The notes under the pieces: generated by a model | What the model saw: only the letters and a program-made list of their open reading frames with translations | What the model was told of the DNA's origin: nothing | Database searches by the model: none | Assembly: GCA_965222375.1 (NCBI GenBank) | Contig: CBDCTZ010000016.1 | Coordinates: 1,888,001 to 1,952,000 of the forward strand | DNA from: Polyangiaceae bacterium | GTDB taxonomy: Bacteria; Myxococcota_A; Polyangia; Polyangiales; Polyangiaceae | Direction: 5' to 3' | DNA length: 64,000 nt | Shown here: one piece after another, positions 9,920 through 19,876 of the stretch | Position numbering within the stretch: the stretch's first letter is position 1 | How the letters are laid out: the number at the start of each line of letters is the position of its first letter | Translations under genes and position numbers: made by a program

Positions 9920-10270
9920 TCAAGCGCTGGGCTTTTTCGCCTTGCTGGCGTTGGCCTTGGCGCCGGGCAGGGAAATCTCGGGGTTTTTGGGGCGCTGTCG
10001 GTACAGCACGAAGGTGCGGCCAATGTGCTGGACCACGTGACAGTGCGCTCCCTTTTCGATCGCGCCGCGAAGAGCATCCGCGTCCTCCGCTTGGTCCGAG
10101 TCCAGCTTCACCTTGAGCAGCTCGTGGGTCTCCAGCGCACGCACGAGTTCCGCGGTCAGCGTTGGGGTCAACCCCTTTTGGCCGATCTGCACCACGGGTT
10201 TGAGGGAGTGGGCGAGGGCTCGCAGGAAGCGGCGTTGCTTGCCGGTCAGGATGGCAGGGAGGCGTGTCAC
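9920..10270 (-). CDS. yhbY: YhbY family RNA-binding protein (CRM domain)
   Basis: LTGKQRRFLRALAHSLKPVVQIGQKGL, HELLKVK, IGRTFVLYR. Confidence 0.92.
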   Translation of the reverse strand: MTRLPAILTGKQRRFLRALAHSLKPVVQIGQKGLTPTLTAELVRALETHELLKVKLDSDQAEDADALRGAIEKGAHCHVVQHIGRTFVLYRQRPKNPEISLPGAKANASKAKKPSA

Positions 10271-10337
10271 CGCGGCCTCATAGCACGCTGCCCGTTGGGG
10301 TGACGAATCGGCCCCTCCACACTAGGCTGCGTCGACC

Positions 10338-11462
10338 ATGCGGATTCTGTACGGAGTGGTGGGGGAGGGGATGGGTCATGCGACTCGTAGCCGAGTCGTG
10401 CTCGAGCATCTCGCTCGCGCTGGCCACGACATCAAGGTCGTGGTTTCCGGGCGCGCCCACAAGTTCCTCCTCGAGCGGCTTGCGGAACACAAGAGCATCA
10501 CCGTCGAGGAGATCCATGGACTTTCCCTGCGCTATTTCGGCAACGAAGTGGACCGCAGCGAAAGCCTTTTCGAAAACCTGAAGAAGGCCCCGAGCGGGAT
10601 CAAGAAGAACGTTGCCGTGTATCGACGCGTGGCCGAGCAAGGCTTCGAGCCGGAGTTGGTGATCAGCGACTTCGAAAGCTGGGCCGCGCTCTATGCAATG
10701 AATCACTTCCTGCCCGTGATCAGCATCGACAACATGCAGGTCATCAACCGCTGCAAGCACGCAAAAGCGGTGACTGGCAGCAAAGGCTACGACTTTGCTC
10801 TGGCGAAGCTAGCCGTGAAAATGAAGCTGCCGGGGGCGTACCACTACTTGATCACCAGCTTCTTCTACCCACCCGTGAAGAAGAAGCGCACGACGCTCCT
10901 GCCACCGATTCTGCGCCCGGAGATCCTGGCGGCGAAACGAGAGCCCGGGGGCCACGTTCTGGTGTACCAGACCGCATCAGCCAACGAAGCGCTCGTTCCC
11001 ACGTTGAAGACGCTGCCGTATCGCTTCCGCGTATACGGAATGGGCAAAGACGGCGTGGAAGGCAATGTCACCCTGTGCCCATTTTCCGAAAGTGGCTTCG
11101 TAGATGATCTGCGCACTGCTCGCGCGGTCATCGCCGGCGGCGGCTTCTCCCTCATGAGCGAAGCCGTCAGTCTGCACGTGCCCATGCTCAGCGTGCCTAT
11201 CGGAAAGCAGTTTGAGCAGGAACTGAACGCGCGCTACTTGGCTGACCTGGGCTACGGCGCTTGGTCCCGCCAGCTAGGGCACGACGTGATTCGGGAGTTC
11301 TTGGGCAATGTGGACGACTTCTCCCACAGCCTCGAAAAATACCAGCGCTACGACAATCGCATGCTGCTCGGTTGCTTGGACGAACTCATCCTGCGTCGGG
11401 ATCGCAAGGAAGACGACCCCAACGTGCTCACCTCACCGGCCCTGCGCAAGTCGAAGAAGTAG
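10338..11462 (+). CDS. GT-B glycosyltransferase, MJ1255/VC2487-like
   Basis: MRILYGVVGEGMGHATRS, ISDFE, GGGFSLMSEA, QFEQELNA. Confidence 0.88.
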   Translation: MRILYGVVGEGMGHATRSRVVLEHLARAGHDIKVVVSGRAHKFLLERLAEHKSITVEEIHGLSLRYFGNEVDRSESLFENLKKAPSGIKKNVAVYRRVAEQGFEPELVISDFESWAALYAMNHFLPVISIDNMQVINRCKHAKAVTGSKGYDFALAKLAVKMKLPGAYHYLITSFFYPPVKKKRTTLLPPILRPEILAAKREPGGHVLVYQTASANEALVPTLKTLPYRFRVYGMGKDGVEGNVTLCPFSESGFVDDLRTARAVIAGGGFSLMSEAVSLHVPMLSVPIGKQFEQELNARYLADLGYGAWSRQLGHDVIREFLGNVDDFSHSLEKYQRYDNRMLLGCLDELILRRDRKEDDPNVLTSPALRKSKK

Positions 11463-11470
11463 CCGCCGAA

Positions 11471-13006
11471 CTAGCGCTCGATCATCACCGGACGCAATGC
11501 AAAGTTGTCCAGCTCGTCGGTCTCGAACACCTGCCCCATGTGGTCGGTGACCATGATCAGGAAGCGGTAGCCACTTCGGGCGTTGGACGGCAGCGTGACG
11601 TTTAGCTTGTGCTCGCCTCGCTCTGAGCCCTTGCCCAACCTGGCAAAGCTCGTTTCACCAATCAGCTTGTCCGAGGAGTCGTAGCGAGGATCGTGGGAAT
11701 AGTAGACGCCTACCTTGAACGCCCCGACGGCATCTGGTCCTAGGTTGCGTAGGCTGAAGCGTACGCCGAGAGTCGCCCCGGGTTTGGCTTTGGCCTTCGA
11801 GATGAAGAAGAAGCGGTCGGTCAGGTTCGGTCGGATCAGTTTGAATGCAACAGCCTTGTCGTTGTTGTGCTCCCGCAGCTCTCCGGCCTCAGACTTTTCA
11901 TCGACGATCACGCCGACGTAGTAGGTCCCACTGGGCAGATCTGGAACGAACAGGTCGTTCTGCAACGTCATCGTCTTTCTGCCCGGCGGCAGGCTCGCGA
12001 TGGTGCGTCGAGCGAATCGGCGGTCCTTGGTGGTGATCTTGCGCGACTTGCCCATGTACACGCCGACGCCAACAGGGCCCACAGCCATCTTGCCGGAGTT
12101 GGTAGCGGTGAAGGACACGACCACCGGTGTACCCGGAGGCCCGGAGTTGGGACGGATCGCTACCACACCGGGCTTGAGATCCGGCGCACGGAACACCCAG
12201 TAGGGCGCGAGCTGGCCGTTGTCGTTTTCGTTGGTCTCTACAACCGCATCGTCGATGTCTGCCAGGATTCCGAGCTGCGTGTGCTGCCCATGCACCGCGC
12301 AGCCTGGGTTCACGCGCACTTCCTTCTTCACGTTCACGGACGCCCCGGGCTTCAGGAAAGTATGGGTGAAGGTCTGCAAGCGCGTGTCCCGCCGGTCCAG
12401 CTCGAAATCTTTCGAACAGTAGATGCCCATCTTGACCGGGCCGTAGGCGACGTACTTGGACGTATTGGTCAGCTTGGCGCCCAGGGTGATGACGCGCCCT
12501 AGGGAGCCTCGCTCCGGGCTGATCGAGGTATCGCTGATTCGCAGGTTGGGGCGGTACTTCGGGCTGACGTCGATGGGGACTGCTTTGAAGTTGTTGAAGC
12601 CGGAACTTTCCTGAACATTGCCCCACGCATCCGCGTACGCATACAGGCTACCTGGCTTGCAGCGTTCGCAGGGTGGCAACCGAACGTTGACCCTGAAGTT
12701 CTCGCTCTGGCCCCGGCGAACACCCATGTACGCGCGCTTCGCGCCCACTCGGGTCACGTTGCCCCGTGCCGGAGTCACCAAGCCATCGCTGTGATAGATG
12801 GCGATGCGAAAGGGGCCAGCATCGGCGCCGCCGCGATTGGCCACGCTGAAGTTGACGCCGACTACAGTGTCCGGCGCCGCCTTGTCGTGAGTCAGTTTGA
12901 TCGAATCGACGACGAGATCCGGGAGCGCTGGCTCCTGTGCTGCCGCCGGCCCTGCCCCTGCTGCGACGGACATGAGGGCTAACTTGATGCTCATGCGCGT
13001 TTTCAT
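11471..13006 (-). CDS. secreted protein with about four CARDB-like Ig domains
   Basis: Signal peptide; repeated PDL/PNL..N.G...GP..Y and D....V.E..E.NN motifs. Confidence 0.8.
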   Translation of the reverse strand: MKTRMSIKLALMSVAAGAGPAAAQEPALPDLVVDSIKLTHDKAAPDTVVGVNFSVANRGGADAGPFRIAIYHSDGLVTPARGNVTRVGAKRAYMGVRRGQSENFRVNVRLPPCERCKPGSLYAYADAWGNVQESSGFNNFKAVPIDVSPKYRPNLRISDTSISPERGSLGRVITLGAKLTNTSKYVAYGPVKMGIYCSKDFELDRRDTRLQTFTHTFLKPGASVNVKKEVRVNPGCAVHGQHTQLGILADIDDAVVETNENDNGQLAPYWVFRAPDLKPGVVAIRPNSGPPGTPVVVSFTATNSGKMAVGPVGVGVYMGKSRKITTKDRRFARRTIASLPPGRKTMTLQNDLFVPDLPSGTYYVGVIVDEKSEAGELREHNNDKAVAFKLIRPNLTDRFFFISKAKAKPGATLGVRFSLRNLGPDAVGAFKVGVYYSHDPRYDSSDKLIGETSFARLGKGSERGEHKLNVTLPSNARSGYRFLIMVTDHMGQVFETDELDNFALRPVMIER

Positions 13007-13182
13007 GGTATCTGCTGACGCAAGCCGCGTGCCGGTCGCCAACTATCGAACATGATGCGAGCGGGCGCGCAGGCCCCGCGCCAGCCCATTTCGCCTACGC
13101 AATCAATGCGTGAATGTCGCGAGGGGTTTGCGGCCACTTCCCTCACCAAGTGCCGACAGATTGCGTTAAGAGGATCAGGCCC

Positions 13183-13755
13183 ATGCTCGAGGAATCGCCG
13201 CAACCCGCGAGCGCGCTGTTGGAAGCTCACGACAAACTCGAGACCGCGTTCGCGCTGCACCAGGAGGCGATCATGCTGCTCGACTTGCGTTCGGCAAGGT
13301 CGATGTTGAATGCGTATCGCGCGCTGCTCGCGGTGCACATGCGTCATGAAGAGGGAGTCGTGCTTGCGCTGTTTCGTCGCGCCGGAACCATCAAAAGGTG
13401 GCCTGAAGTCCTGTACACGGGCCAGCACACCAAGATGAACGAGCACCTCTCGCGTATCGACGCTTGCCTTGAAAAGCTCACTGGCTTCGACGGTCGCACG
13501 CTCCGCTGCCAGCTGCAGGCGCTTCTGGATCTCGAAGCCAGCTACAAACACCTGGTTGAACATCACGATGGCGCCGAACGACAAGGGCTATTCCCAACCG
13601 TAGACACGCTCCTGAGCGATCACGAATCCCGCGTCTTGATCCCCAAGCTACTGGCCGAGTGGCGCAGTGCCGTGGACCAGCACCGGCCTACTTACGAGCG
13701 CATTGCAGCGAGTCTCGACGCGCGTGCGGAGCGACTGAGCCGGGCCGAGACTTGA
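13183..13755 (+). CDS. hemerythrin-like domain protein
   Basis: Helical protein with H, HMRHEE, QH and HHDGAE ligand pattern. Confidence 0.7.
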   Translation: MLEESPQPASALLEAHDKLETAFALHQEAIMLLDLRSARSMLNAYRALLAVHMRHEEGVVLALFRRAGTIKRWPEVLYTGQHTKMNEHLSRIDACLEKLTGFDGRTLRCQLQALLDLEASYKHLVEHHDGAERQGLFPTVDTLLSDHESRVLIPKLLAEWRSAVDQHRPTYERIAASLDARAERLSRAET

Positions 13756-13785
13756 CGGCACCCGAGGGGCACTCTCGCGGGAAGA

Positions 13786-16065
13786 TCACGCCGAGCCGCC
13801 GGAGGCCAAAGTCAACTTCGGTGGGACTGCGCGCTCTCCAGGAAGCAGTTCTGCCACCACACTGCGCAGTCGGTGAAGGTCGAAGGGCTTGCCGATGGTT
13901 GGACGCCCGGCAGAGTCCAAAAAGTCCTTCGCCTCCTTGGTGAAAGCTCCACCGGTCATGAATACGACGCGGTCGCAGAGGTCGGGGTCCCTGGTCTGAA
14001 GTGCTTCGAAAAACTCCATGCCGGTCATCTCTGGCATCATCAGATCGCACAGCACCAAGTCGAACTTCTTCTTGAAGCAAAAGCTCAGAGCCACACGACC
14101 GCTCTTGGCCACGCTGACATCGTGCTCATTGAGAGCGCGTTTCAGCGCTCGACCCACGGTGGGCTCATCATCCACTACGAGCACGTGCGCCCGACTGACG
14201 GATCTGGGGGGCGCCGTCGAGTGACCCACGGTCTGCGCGGCGGCGTCATCGTCCGCGGCCGGCAATATGACTCGCACTGCGGTGCCCTCGCCGACGCAGG
14301 ACTCGACTTGGATATCTCCGCCCATTTGCCTGACCAGAGTGTGGCAGATGCTGAGCCCCAGGCCGGTGCCCACCCCGGGGGATTTCGTGGTGAAGAACGG
14401 GTCAAACACCCTTGGTAGCACTTCTGGAGGGATTCCCGACCCGGTATCGCGGATCTCGATTACGACGCCGTCAGCACGGCTCTCGAGAGTGAGCGTCAGT
14501 GCCATCTCGTTGGCGCTGCCCACGGGCATCGCCTGTGCGGCATTCAGCAGCAAGTTCAGCAGGACCTGGCTCAGACGCCCTTCGCTGCACTGGACTCGGG
14601 GCACGGCGGAGTAGCGGCGGATGATCCGGGCTCGATGACGCACTTCGTTTTCGGCCATGTGCAGGCAACGATCCAAGATCTCCTGCACCGAGTGGACGCG
14701 AACATCCGCATCCACTGGGCGGCTGAGTTGCCGCAGATCTTCCACGATGCTTCTGACACGCGTGCAGCCGTCGATGGCGTCCACCAGGCACTCACCTATG
14801 CCTTCCGCGGGGAGGGGTTTCGTTCGGGCGAGCTCCTGAGCTACCTGTAGGTTGGTCATCACATAGGTCAGGGGGTTGTTGATCTCGTGAGCGACTCCTG
14901 CGGCAAGGGTCCCCATCGACACCATGCGGTCGGCAACTAGCAGCCGCGCCTGCATCTCTCGACGTTCGCTGATGTCTCGCATTGCAAGGACGAGGGAGTC
15001 GTCCTGGGCGCGCGACACGAGTTCCACTGGAAAGGTGCGGCCGTCTTCGTGTTTGGCGACCGCCTCGACCGGGCCCTGGCTCTCTCCGGTTACGACGGCC
15101 AAGATTTCGGGGCTTGGCTGAGTGAGCAGTGTGGACGCGCTGGTTCCGTACAGGAAGCCCGGCGACTTACCGACCAGGGTGGTCAGCGCCAGGTTCACGT
15201 CGACGATGCGGCCGTCCTGCGCCACGAGGATGCCCTCGAAAGTCGTGTCCGCGAGCTGCCGATAGCGAGCTTCACTCGCCATCAAGCCGTCCACGGCTTT
15301 CTCCAGACCTTGAGTGCGCCTAGATACGAGGTTCTCCAAGTCTTTCACCTGTGCGCGCAGCTTGCGGGTCGAAAGCAGACTGACCCCCACGCTGCAGGCG
15401 ACGATGCCGTACTCGAGCAGGTGGATGCTGCGGAACATGCCCTGGTTCATGCCCATGTCGTGGATGGCCATGGCGCAGCTCCCAACACCAATCAGGTACC
15501 AGACCCAGGGCGGCCAGGTGGCCCAGGCCTCACGTTGGTGGGATGCGCGTAGCCAGCTGATGCCTATCCATACGCACAGCGGCATGAGCACGAGAGTGAG
15601 CGGCCCGTTCTTCACAGCGAAGTACTGGACGTCAAACGCGCTCACTCGCTCAAAGGTCACGCCCGGCACGAACAGCTTGGTCGTGAACAAGAAGATGGTC
15701 GCTGTAATGGGACCAATGGCTAGCCAGCGCGGCATCTTGCGCTGAGGCATGAGCAAGAGCGCGCTGCCCATGCAGAACAGCCCCGCGTACTGAATCTGGA
15801 TCCCCAAGATGGCCCCCGCCTCAGTGGCAGTCCACAGCTGAGTCAGGCGCCCCAGCAGGAACACGCCGCTGAGCAGACACAGCAGGGCCACACCCACGTG
15901 AGGGCTCTCCGGTCCACTGCGTCCGGCGAGCAACACGTGGTGAAGCGCCAAGTACAGCACGACACCCAGAAGTGGCAGCAAAGGGACGGTGACGATGGGG
16001 ATGGCTTCAAACACGAACAGGCCCACCTGCGAGAGCGGCACTTCAGCCCGATCCCTTGAGGCCAC
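13786..16065 (-). CDS. hybrid sensor histidine kinase (multi-TM, PAS, HisKA, HATPase, receiver)
   Basis: AHEINNPL H-box, LLNAAQA, DTGSGI, FDPFFTTK, GTGLGL; receiver VVDDE..CDLMMP..KPF. Confidence 0.93.
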   Translation of the reverse strand: MASRDRAEVPLSQVGLFVFEAIPIVTVPLLPLLGVVLYLALHHVLLAGRSGPESPHVGVALLCLLSGVFLLGRLTQLWTATEAGAILGIQIQYAGLFCMGSALLLMPQRKMPRWLAIGPITATIFLFTTKLFVPGVTFERVSAFDVQYFAVKNGPLTLVLMPLCVWIGISWLRASHQREAWATWPPWVWYLIGVGSCAMAIHDMGMNQGMFRSIHLLEYGIVACSVGVSLLSTRKLRAQVKDLENLVSRRTQGLEKAVDGLMASEARYRQLADTTFEGILVAQDGRIVDVNLALTTLVGKSPGFLYGTSASTLLTQPSPEILAVVTGESQGPVEAVAKHEDGRTFPVELVSRAQDDSLVLAMRDISERREMQARLLVADRMVSMGTLAAGVAHEINNPLTYVMTNLQVAQELARTKPLPAEGIGECLVDAIDGCTRVRSIVEDLRQLSRPVDADVRVHSVQEILDRCLHMAENEVRHRARIIRRYSAVPRVQCSEGRLSQVLLNLLLNAAQAMPVGSANEMALTLTLESRADGVVIEIRDTGSGIPPEVLPRVFDPFFTTKSPGVGTGLGLSICHTLVRQMGGDIQVESCVGEGTAVRVILPAADDDAAAQTVGHSTAPPRSVSRAHVLVVDDEPTVGRALKRALNEHDVSVAKSGRVALSFCFKKKFDLVLCDLMMPEMTGMEFFEALQTRDPDLCDRVVFMTGGAFTKEAKDFLDSAGRPTIGKPFDLHRLRSVVAELLPGERAVPPKLTLASGGSA

Positions 16066-16130
16066 GCGGCCAACACGCCGAAATCACGCCTTTCTTTTCC
16101 GAGACCCGGATTTGGCCGTAGACAAAGGTC

Positions 16131-16733
16131 GTGGTCATGCGCGTCGCTGCCGAGCCTCGCTCCCGCTACGCACAGGTGGATCTGTGTAGCGGTGAGGACG
16201 TCTACGAGCGTGTGATTCTGGGCGACCTGCCCGAAGCGAGGGTGTCCGTCTGGATTGCGACGGCGAACCTCAAGGACCTGCGCGTGCCAGCGCCGATTGG
16301 GACGCGAGCGCGAGCGCGCGGGCGCTACATCTCCATCGTCGAGACTCTCTCGGACCTGGCTGCGCGCCAGGTCGACGTGCGCATACTACACGCGGGAGCG
16401 CCCTCGGCGCCTTTTCGCGATTCCCTGGCCTCACGTCGCAAGCGCTCTCTTCAGTTGCGGAAGTGCCCGCGCGTCCACATGAAGCTCGTGATCATCGACG
16501 GACGCCTGATGTACATGGGCAGCGCGAACTTCACCGGCGCGGGCCTGGGCGCCCGCGCCGGCAAACGCCGAAACTTCGAGCTGGGTATCTTGACCGAAGA
16601 CGAAAACCTGCTGGATCGCGCGCAGGCTCAGTTCGACGAGATTTGGAGCGGTCGACAATGCTCGGGCTGCGGTTTGCGCGGGAAATGCGAGCGGCCCATC
16701 GACGTACTTCCGTTACTGAAGCGGCAGCGCTAG
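16131..16733 (+). CDS. single-HKD phospholipase D-superfamily protein with C-terminal Cys cluster
   Basis: HMKLVIIDG..GSANFTG..NFE; C-terminal CSGCGLRGKC. Confidence 0.85.
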   Translation: MVMRVAAEPRSRYAQVDLCSGEDVYERVILGDLPEARVSVWIATANLKDLRVPAPIGTRARARGRYISIVETLSDLAARQVDVRILHAGAPSAPFRDSLASRRKRSLQLRKCPRVHMKLVIIDGRLMYMGSANFTGAGLGARAGKRRNFELGILTEDENLLDRAQAQFDEIWSGRQCSGCGLRGKCERPIDVLPLLKRQR

Positions 16734-16745
16734 GGATCTGGCGCG

Positions 16746-17783
16746 GTGCCTGACTACCCCACGCGATTCGCCAGCACGCGGGAGCTCGCGCAGTTGCCCT
16801 GGTTCGATTGGGTCGACGGCTTGCTTACTCTCGACCCCGCAGTCGGGGGTAGCGTGGACGTTCATACCCACTTGGCCCTGGCCTATGTGCTGAAGCAGCG
16901 CCTCGACCTTGGCGCGCCCTACGAGGAAACCGAGCACTATTTGCCCGTCGACTGCGCTCTCGACCTCGACGTATACGCCAACAAGAACTTCACCCGATTC
17001 GACCTGGCGAGAATGAAGAGGGACTTGTCTGCCGGCGCCCTGAGCAGCGGCGGAATGCGTAGAACCCACACCACCGCCAATCTCTTGCGGGAGATGCGCG
17101 CCTTGGGCGTGAAGACCTCCGTGCTGCTGGCCATCGACTTTCCCGTGCTGTCCGACAACGCCGGGGACTGGCTGCGGGAGGCTCGTGGCCACGACGAACT
17201 CGTGGTCTTCGGCTCCGTGCACCCCTACAAGCCCAACCCGGAGGCGGAGCTCGACCGTCAGGTCGCTCTAGGCGCACGCGGCATCAAAGTGCACCCTGCC
17301 GTGCAGACGGTGCACCCGAGTGCCAAGCGCTGCCTGCGCCTGTACCGGGCCTGCGCTGAGCGCGGGCTGCCCGTGTTCTGGCACTGCGGCCCGGTGGGCA
17401 TCGAGCCGCCTCTGGGGCGCTATCTGACGCGGGTGCATCGCTACGCTCGAGCCATCGAGCAGTGCCCCGACACCACCTTCGTGCTTGGGCACACTGGTGC
17501 CCTCGAGGTCGACGAGGCCCTCGAGCTTCATTGCAGTTTTCCGAACGTTTGGGTCGAGGTGGCCAGCCAAAGCCTCACCAGCGTGCACAAGATCCTCGAG
17601 CGCGCCGACCCGGACAAGATCATGACCGGCAGCGACTGGCCCTTCTATCACCAGTCGATGCCGCTAGCGAAAGTGCTGATCGCGAGCGAGGGCGACGCCG
17701 CTTTGCGCGCCAAGGTCTTGCGCGAAAATGCCCAGCGCTTGCTCGACTTGAGCCAGGGCAATTTGGCCCCGGCCAGCCTCTAA
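16746..17783 (+). CDS. amidohydrolase family 2 metal-dependent hydrolase
   Basis: VDVHTH, GIKVHP, FWHCG, LGHTG, TGSDWP. Confidence 0.88.
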   Translation: MPDYPTRFASTRELAQLPWFDWVDGLLTLDPAVGGSVDVHTHLALAYVLKQRLDLGAPYEETEHYLPVDCALDLDVYANKNFTRFDLARMKRDLSAGALSSGGMRRTHTTANLLREMRALGVKTSVLLAIDFPVLSDNAGDWLREARGHDELVVFGSVHPYKPNPEAELDRQVALGARGIKVHPAVQTVHPSAKRCLRLYRACAERGLPVFWHCGPVGIEPPLGRYLTRVHRYARAIEQCPDTTFVLGHTGALEVDEALELHCSFPNVWVEVASQSLTSVHKILERADPDKIMTGSDWPFYHQSMPLAKVLIASEGDAALRAKVLRENAQRLLDLSQGNLAPASL

Positions 17784-17960
17784 GCTAGCCAATTCCATCA
17801 AGAAAACGACAGCGGCCGCGGCGCCCAGCCAATTGGCCCGCGGACCGTTTTGCCCCAAACCCACGAGATCGTGCTAAGAGCGGCCGGCTTTTGCGGCTCG
17901 CGCCGCTTTCCATTAGCCTAGTTTTTCCGCACTACTGTTAACCGCAGAAGGGGTCGTGGC

Positions 17961-19721
17961 ATGAAGCGCATCTTCGTTAATACAATCATCTTTGGTCTTC
18001 TTGGTGCCCTGGCGGGCGGCTGCAGCAGCGACGACGCCAGCGGTCCTGGTGGTGGCTCCGAGACCCCGCGCGAGAAGCCCAAGAGCTGCAGCGGCAAGTG
18101 CGACGGGATCAACGACAACTTCAAGAGCAACTACGTCATGGACATGGCTGCTGCCAACGCGATTTGGCCCGGCGCCGTGCCCATCGAGAAGGCTGAGGAC
18201 GCCTTTTCCGTCCTGGTAGATCTGGGCGAAGCGAAGTTCCCCGCGCCCACCCATCTCTTCGGCGTACCCGTGAACGTCATTCCGTACTCGAATGACGACA
18301 ACGTCGCCGACGCCGAGGGCAAGATGCACGAGCGTGGCGATTCGGTCATCGCTCAGGCCTTCCCCCAGGGCGTGGTTGGCTATGCGGTCAAGCACCACCG
18401 CCCCGAGCACCGCACCATGTCCCCCGCGGACATCCAGGCCAACCTCAAGGAGCAGGTCAAACTCCAGGACACCCACATCCAGATCGTCGTGGGCGTGGAG
18501 CGCGATGGTAAGCCTGGTGCGATCACCCTGAACAACCCCCAGAACTACGAGGGAGGCCTGTTCGGCAACAAGACCTACTCCATGTTCTTCGTGAAGCCCG
18601 CCTGGCCGTCCTACCTCGACGGCAGCAAGGTCAAGGCCTTCAACGACAACGTGCGCACCATGATCACGGCCTTCAACACGGTCAGTGATTTTCCCGGTGA
18701 CTACAACGGCGGTGACCCGCTCGCGGCGCACAACCCCGAGAAGCTGAAGACCCACGTCATCAACATGGCCAAGGCCATCGCGGGTGACACGGCGGCGCAG
18801 GACTTCTTCAAAGATCCGGCGAACCTGGTCTACTGCGCGGAGCTGGCATTCCTCGGCACGACCGCCGGCCTGCACTACCCGCTCAACGCGGCCACCTTCG
18901 TGCCGCTGGTTGGGCAGCAAACCTGGGACGCTTTCGTCGCAGAGCTCAACAAGCACAAAAACGGCGAAGCCAGCGCGTTCACCTCGATGAACGACAACCC
19001 GAAGGTCAAGTACGTGGACCTAACTCTGGCGGACGAGTCACTCCAGCCCGCGTACGCCTACGCGCCGGACCCCGCGTCCGAGGGTCAGAAGCTGGCATTC
19101 AAGCCCATGACCATGGCGGACATCCTGCAGCACTTCCTGCGCACCCATGTGCCCCGGGAGCAGCTCGGCGAGCAGCTCGCACCCGTCCAGGGGCAGCTCC
19201 TCGAAGGCATGAAGCCCGGCATTCTGGAAGCCATGGCCATGGACCAGCTTCCCGACACGGATCCGAAGCGCATTGCCGTAGAGCAGCTCTTCGGAGCACT
19301 CATCGACGTGGTCAAGACGCCCCACGCCGACTACGCCGCATTCCAGGCGGCGCTCGAGCCGTTGATGCAGCAAGCGCGCAAGGTCACCGGCCCTCGGGAT
19401 GACACAGGGACCGGTTACTTCGTCCCGCCGAGCCTGCTGCACGTGGTTGCCCAGGGCAAACACCCCGGCGGCATGCTGGGCCTGAAGTACGTTGGCCACG
19501 GCGTTCACTTCTCGGCCGTGCGGTTGCCCGCAGCGCCTCCGCCGGACGATCCCAACGACGACGGACAGGTGGACGGCATTCCCGGCGGCACGCCCTTCGC
19601 GGGATCTTGCACGGCATCGTGCGGCGGCTCTGCGCCGGACGGTTCGTGCTGGTGCGACAACCTGTGCTCCCAGTACGGCGACTGCTGCTCCGACATCGCG
19701 GAGAAGTGCCCCGGCGGCTGA
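17961..19721 (+). CDS. lipoprotein of unknown function with C-terminal somatomedin-B-like 8-Cys domain
   Basis: LAGGC lipobox; C-terminus SCTASCGGSAPDGSCWCDNLCSQYGDCCSDIAEKC; strongly GC3-biased codons. Confidence 0.8.
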   Translation: MKRIFVNTIIFGLLGALAGGCSSDDASGPGGGSETPREKPKSCSGKCDGINDNFKSNYVMDMAAANAIWPGAVPIEKAEDAFSVLVDLGEAKFPAPTHLFGVPVNVIPYSNDDNVADAEGKMHERGDSVIAQAFPQGVVGYAVKHHRPEHRTMSPADIQANLKEQVKLQDTHIQIVVGVERDGKPGAITLNNPQNYEGGLFGNKTYSMFFVKPAWPSYLDGSKVKAFNDNVRTMITAFNTVSDFPGDYNGGDPLAAHNPEKLKTHVINMAKAIAGDTAAQDFFKDPANLVYCAELAFLGTTAGLHYPLNAATFVPLVGQQTWDAFVAELNKHKNGEASAFTSMNDNPKVKYVDLTLADESLQPAYAYAPDPASEGQKLAFKPMTMADILQHFLRTHVPREQLGEQLAPVQGQLLEGMKPGILEAMAMDQLPDTDPKRIAVEQLFGALIDVVKTPHADYAAFQAALEPLMQQARKVTGPRDDTGTGYFVPPSLLHVVAQGKHPGGMLGLKYVGHGVHFSAVRLPAAPPPDDPNDDGQVDGIPGGTPFAGSCTASCGGSAPDGSCWCDNLCSQYGDCCSDIAEKCPGG

Positions 19722-19876
19722 GCGTGCAACGCACATTGACCCACATCGCGGCGAGCCCCTCTGGGCTCGTCGCTGTGGTTTTGTGCGTCGCCGTTGGCAA
19801 TGACACGCTGCTGCTTCCACTAACGGAGTTATGAGATCCGTCAAGTGGTGCGCGGATCGCTTACAATTGATGGCAC

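Noticed and set aside
16131..16733. PLD protein as a defence component such as DISARM DrmC
   Set aside because: No helicase, DNA methylase or other defence genes nearby.
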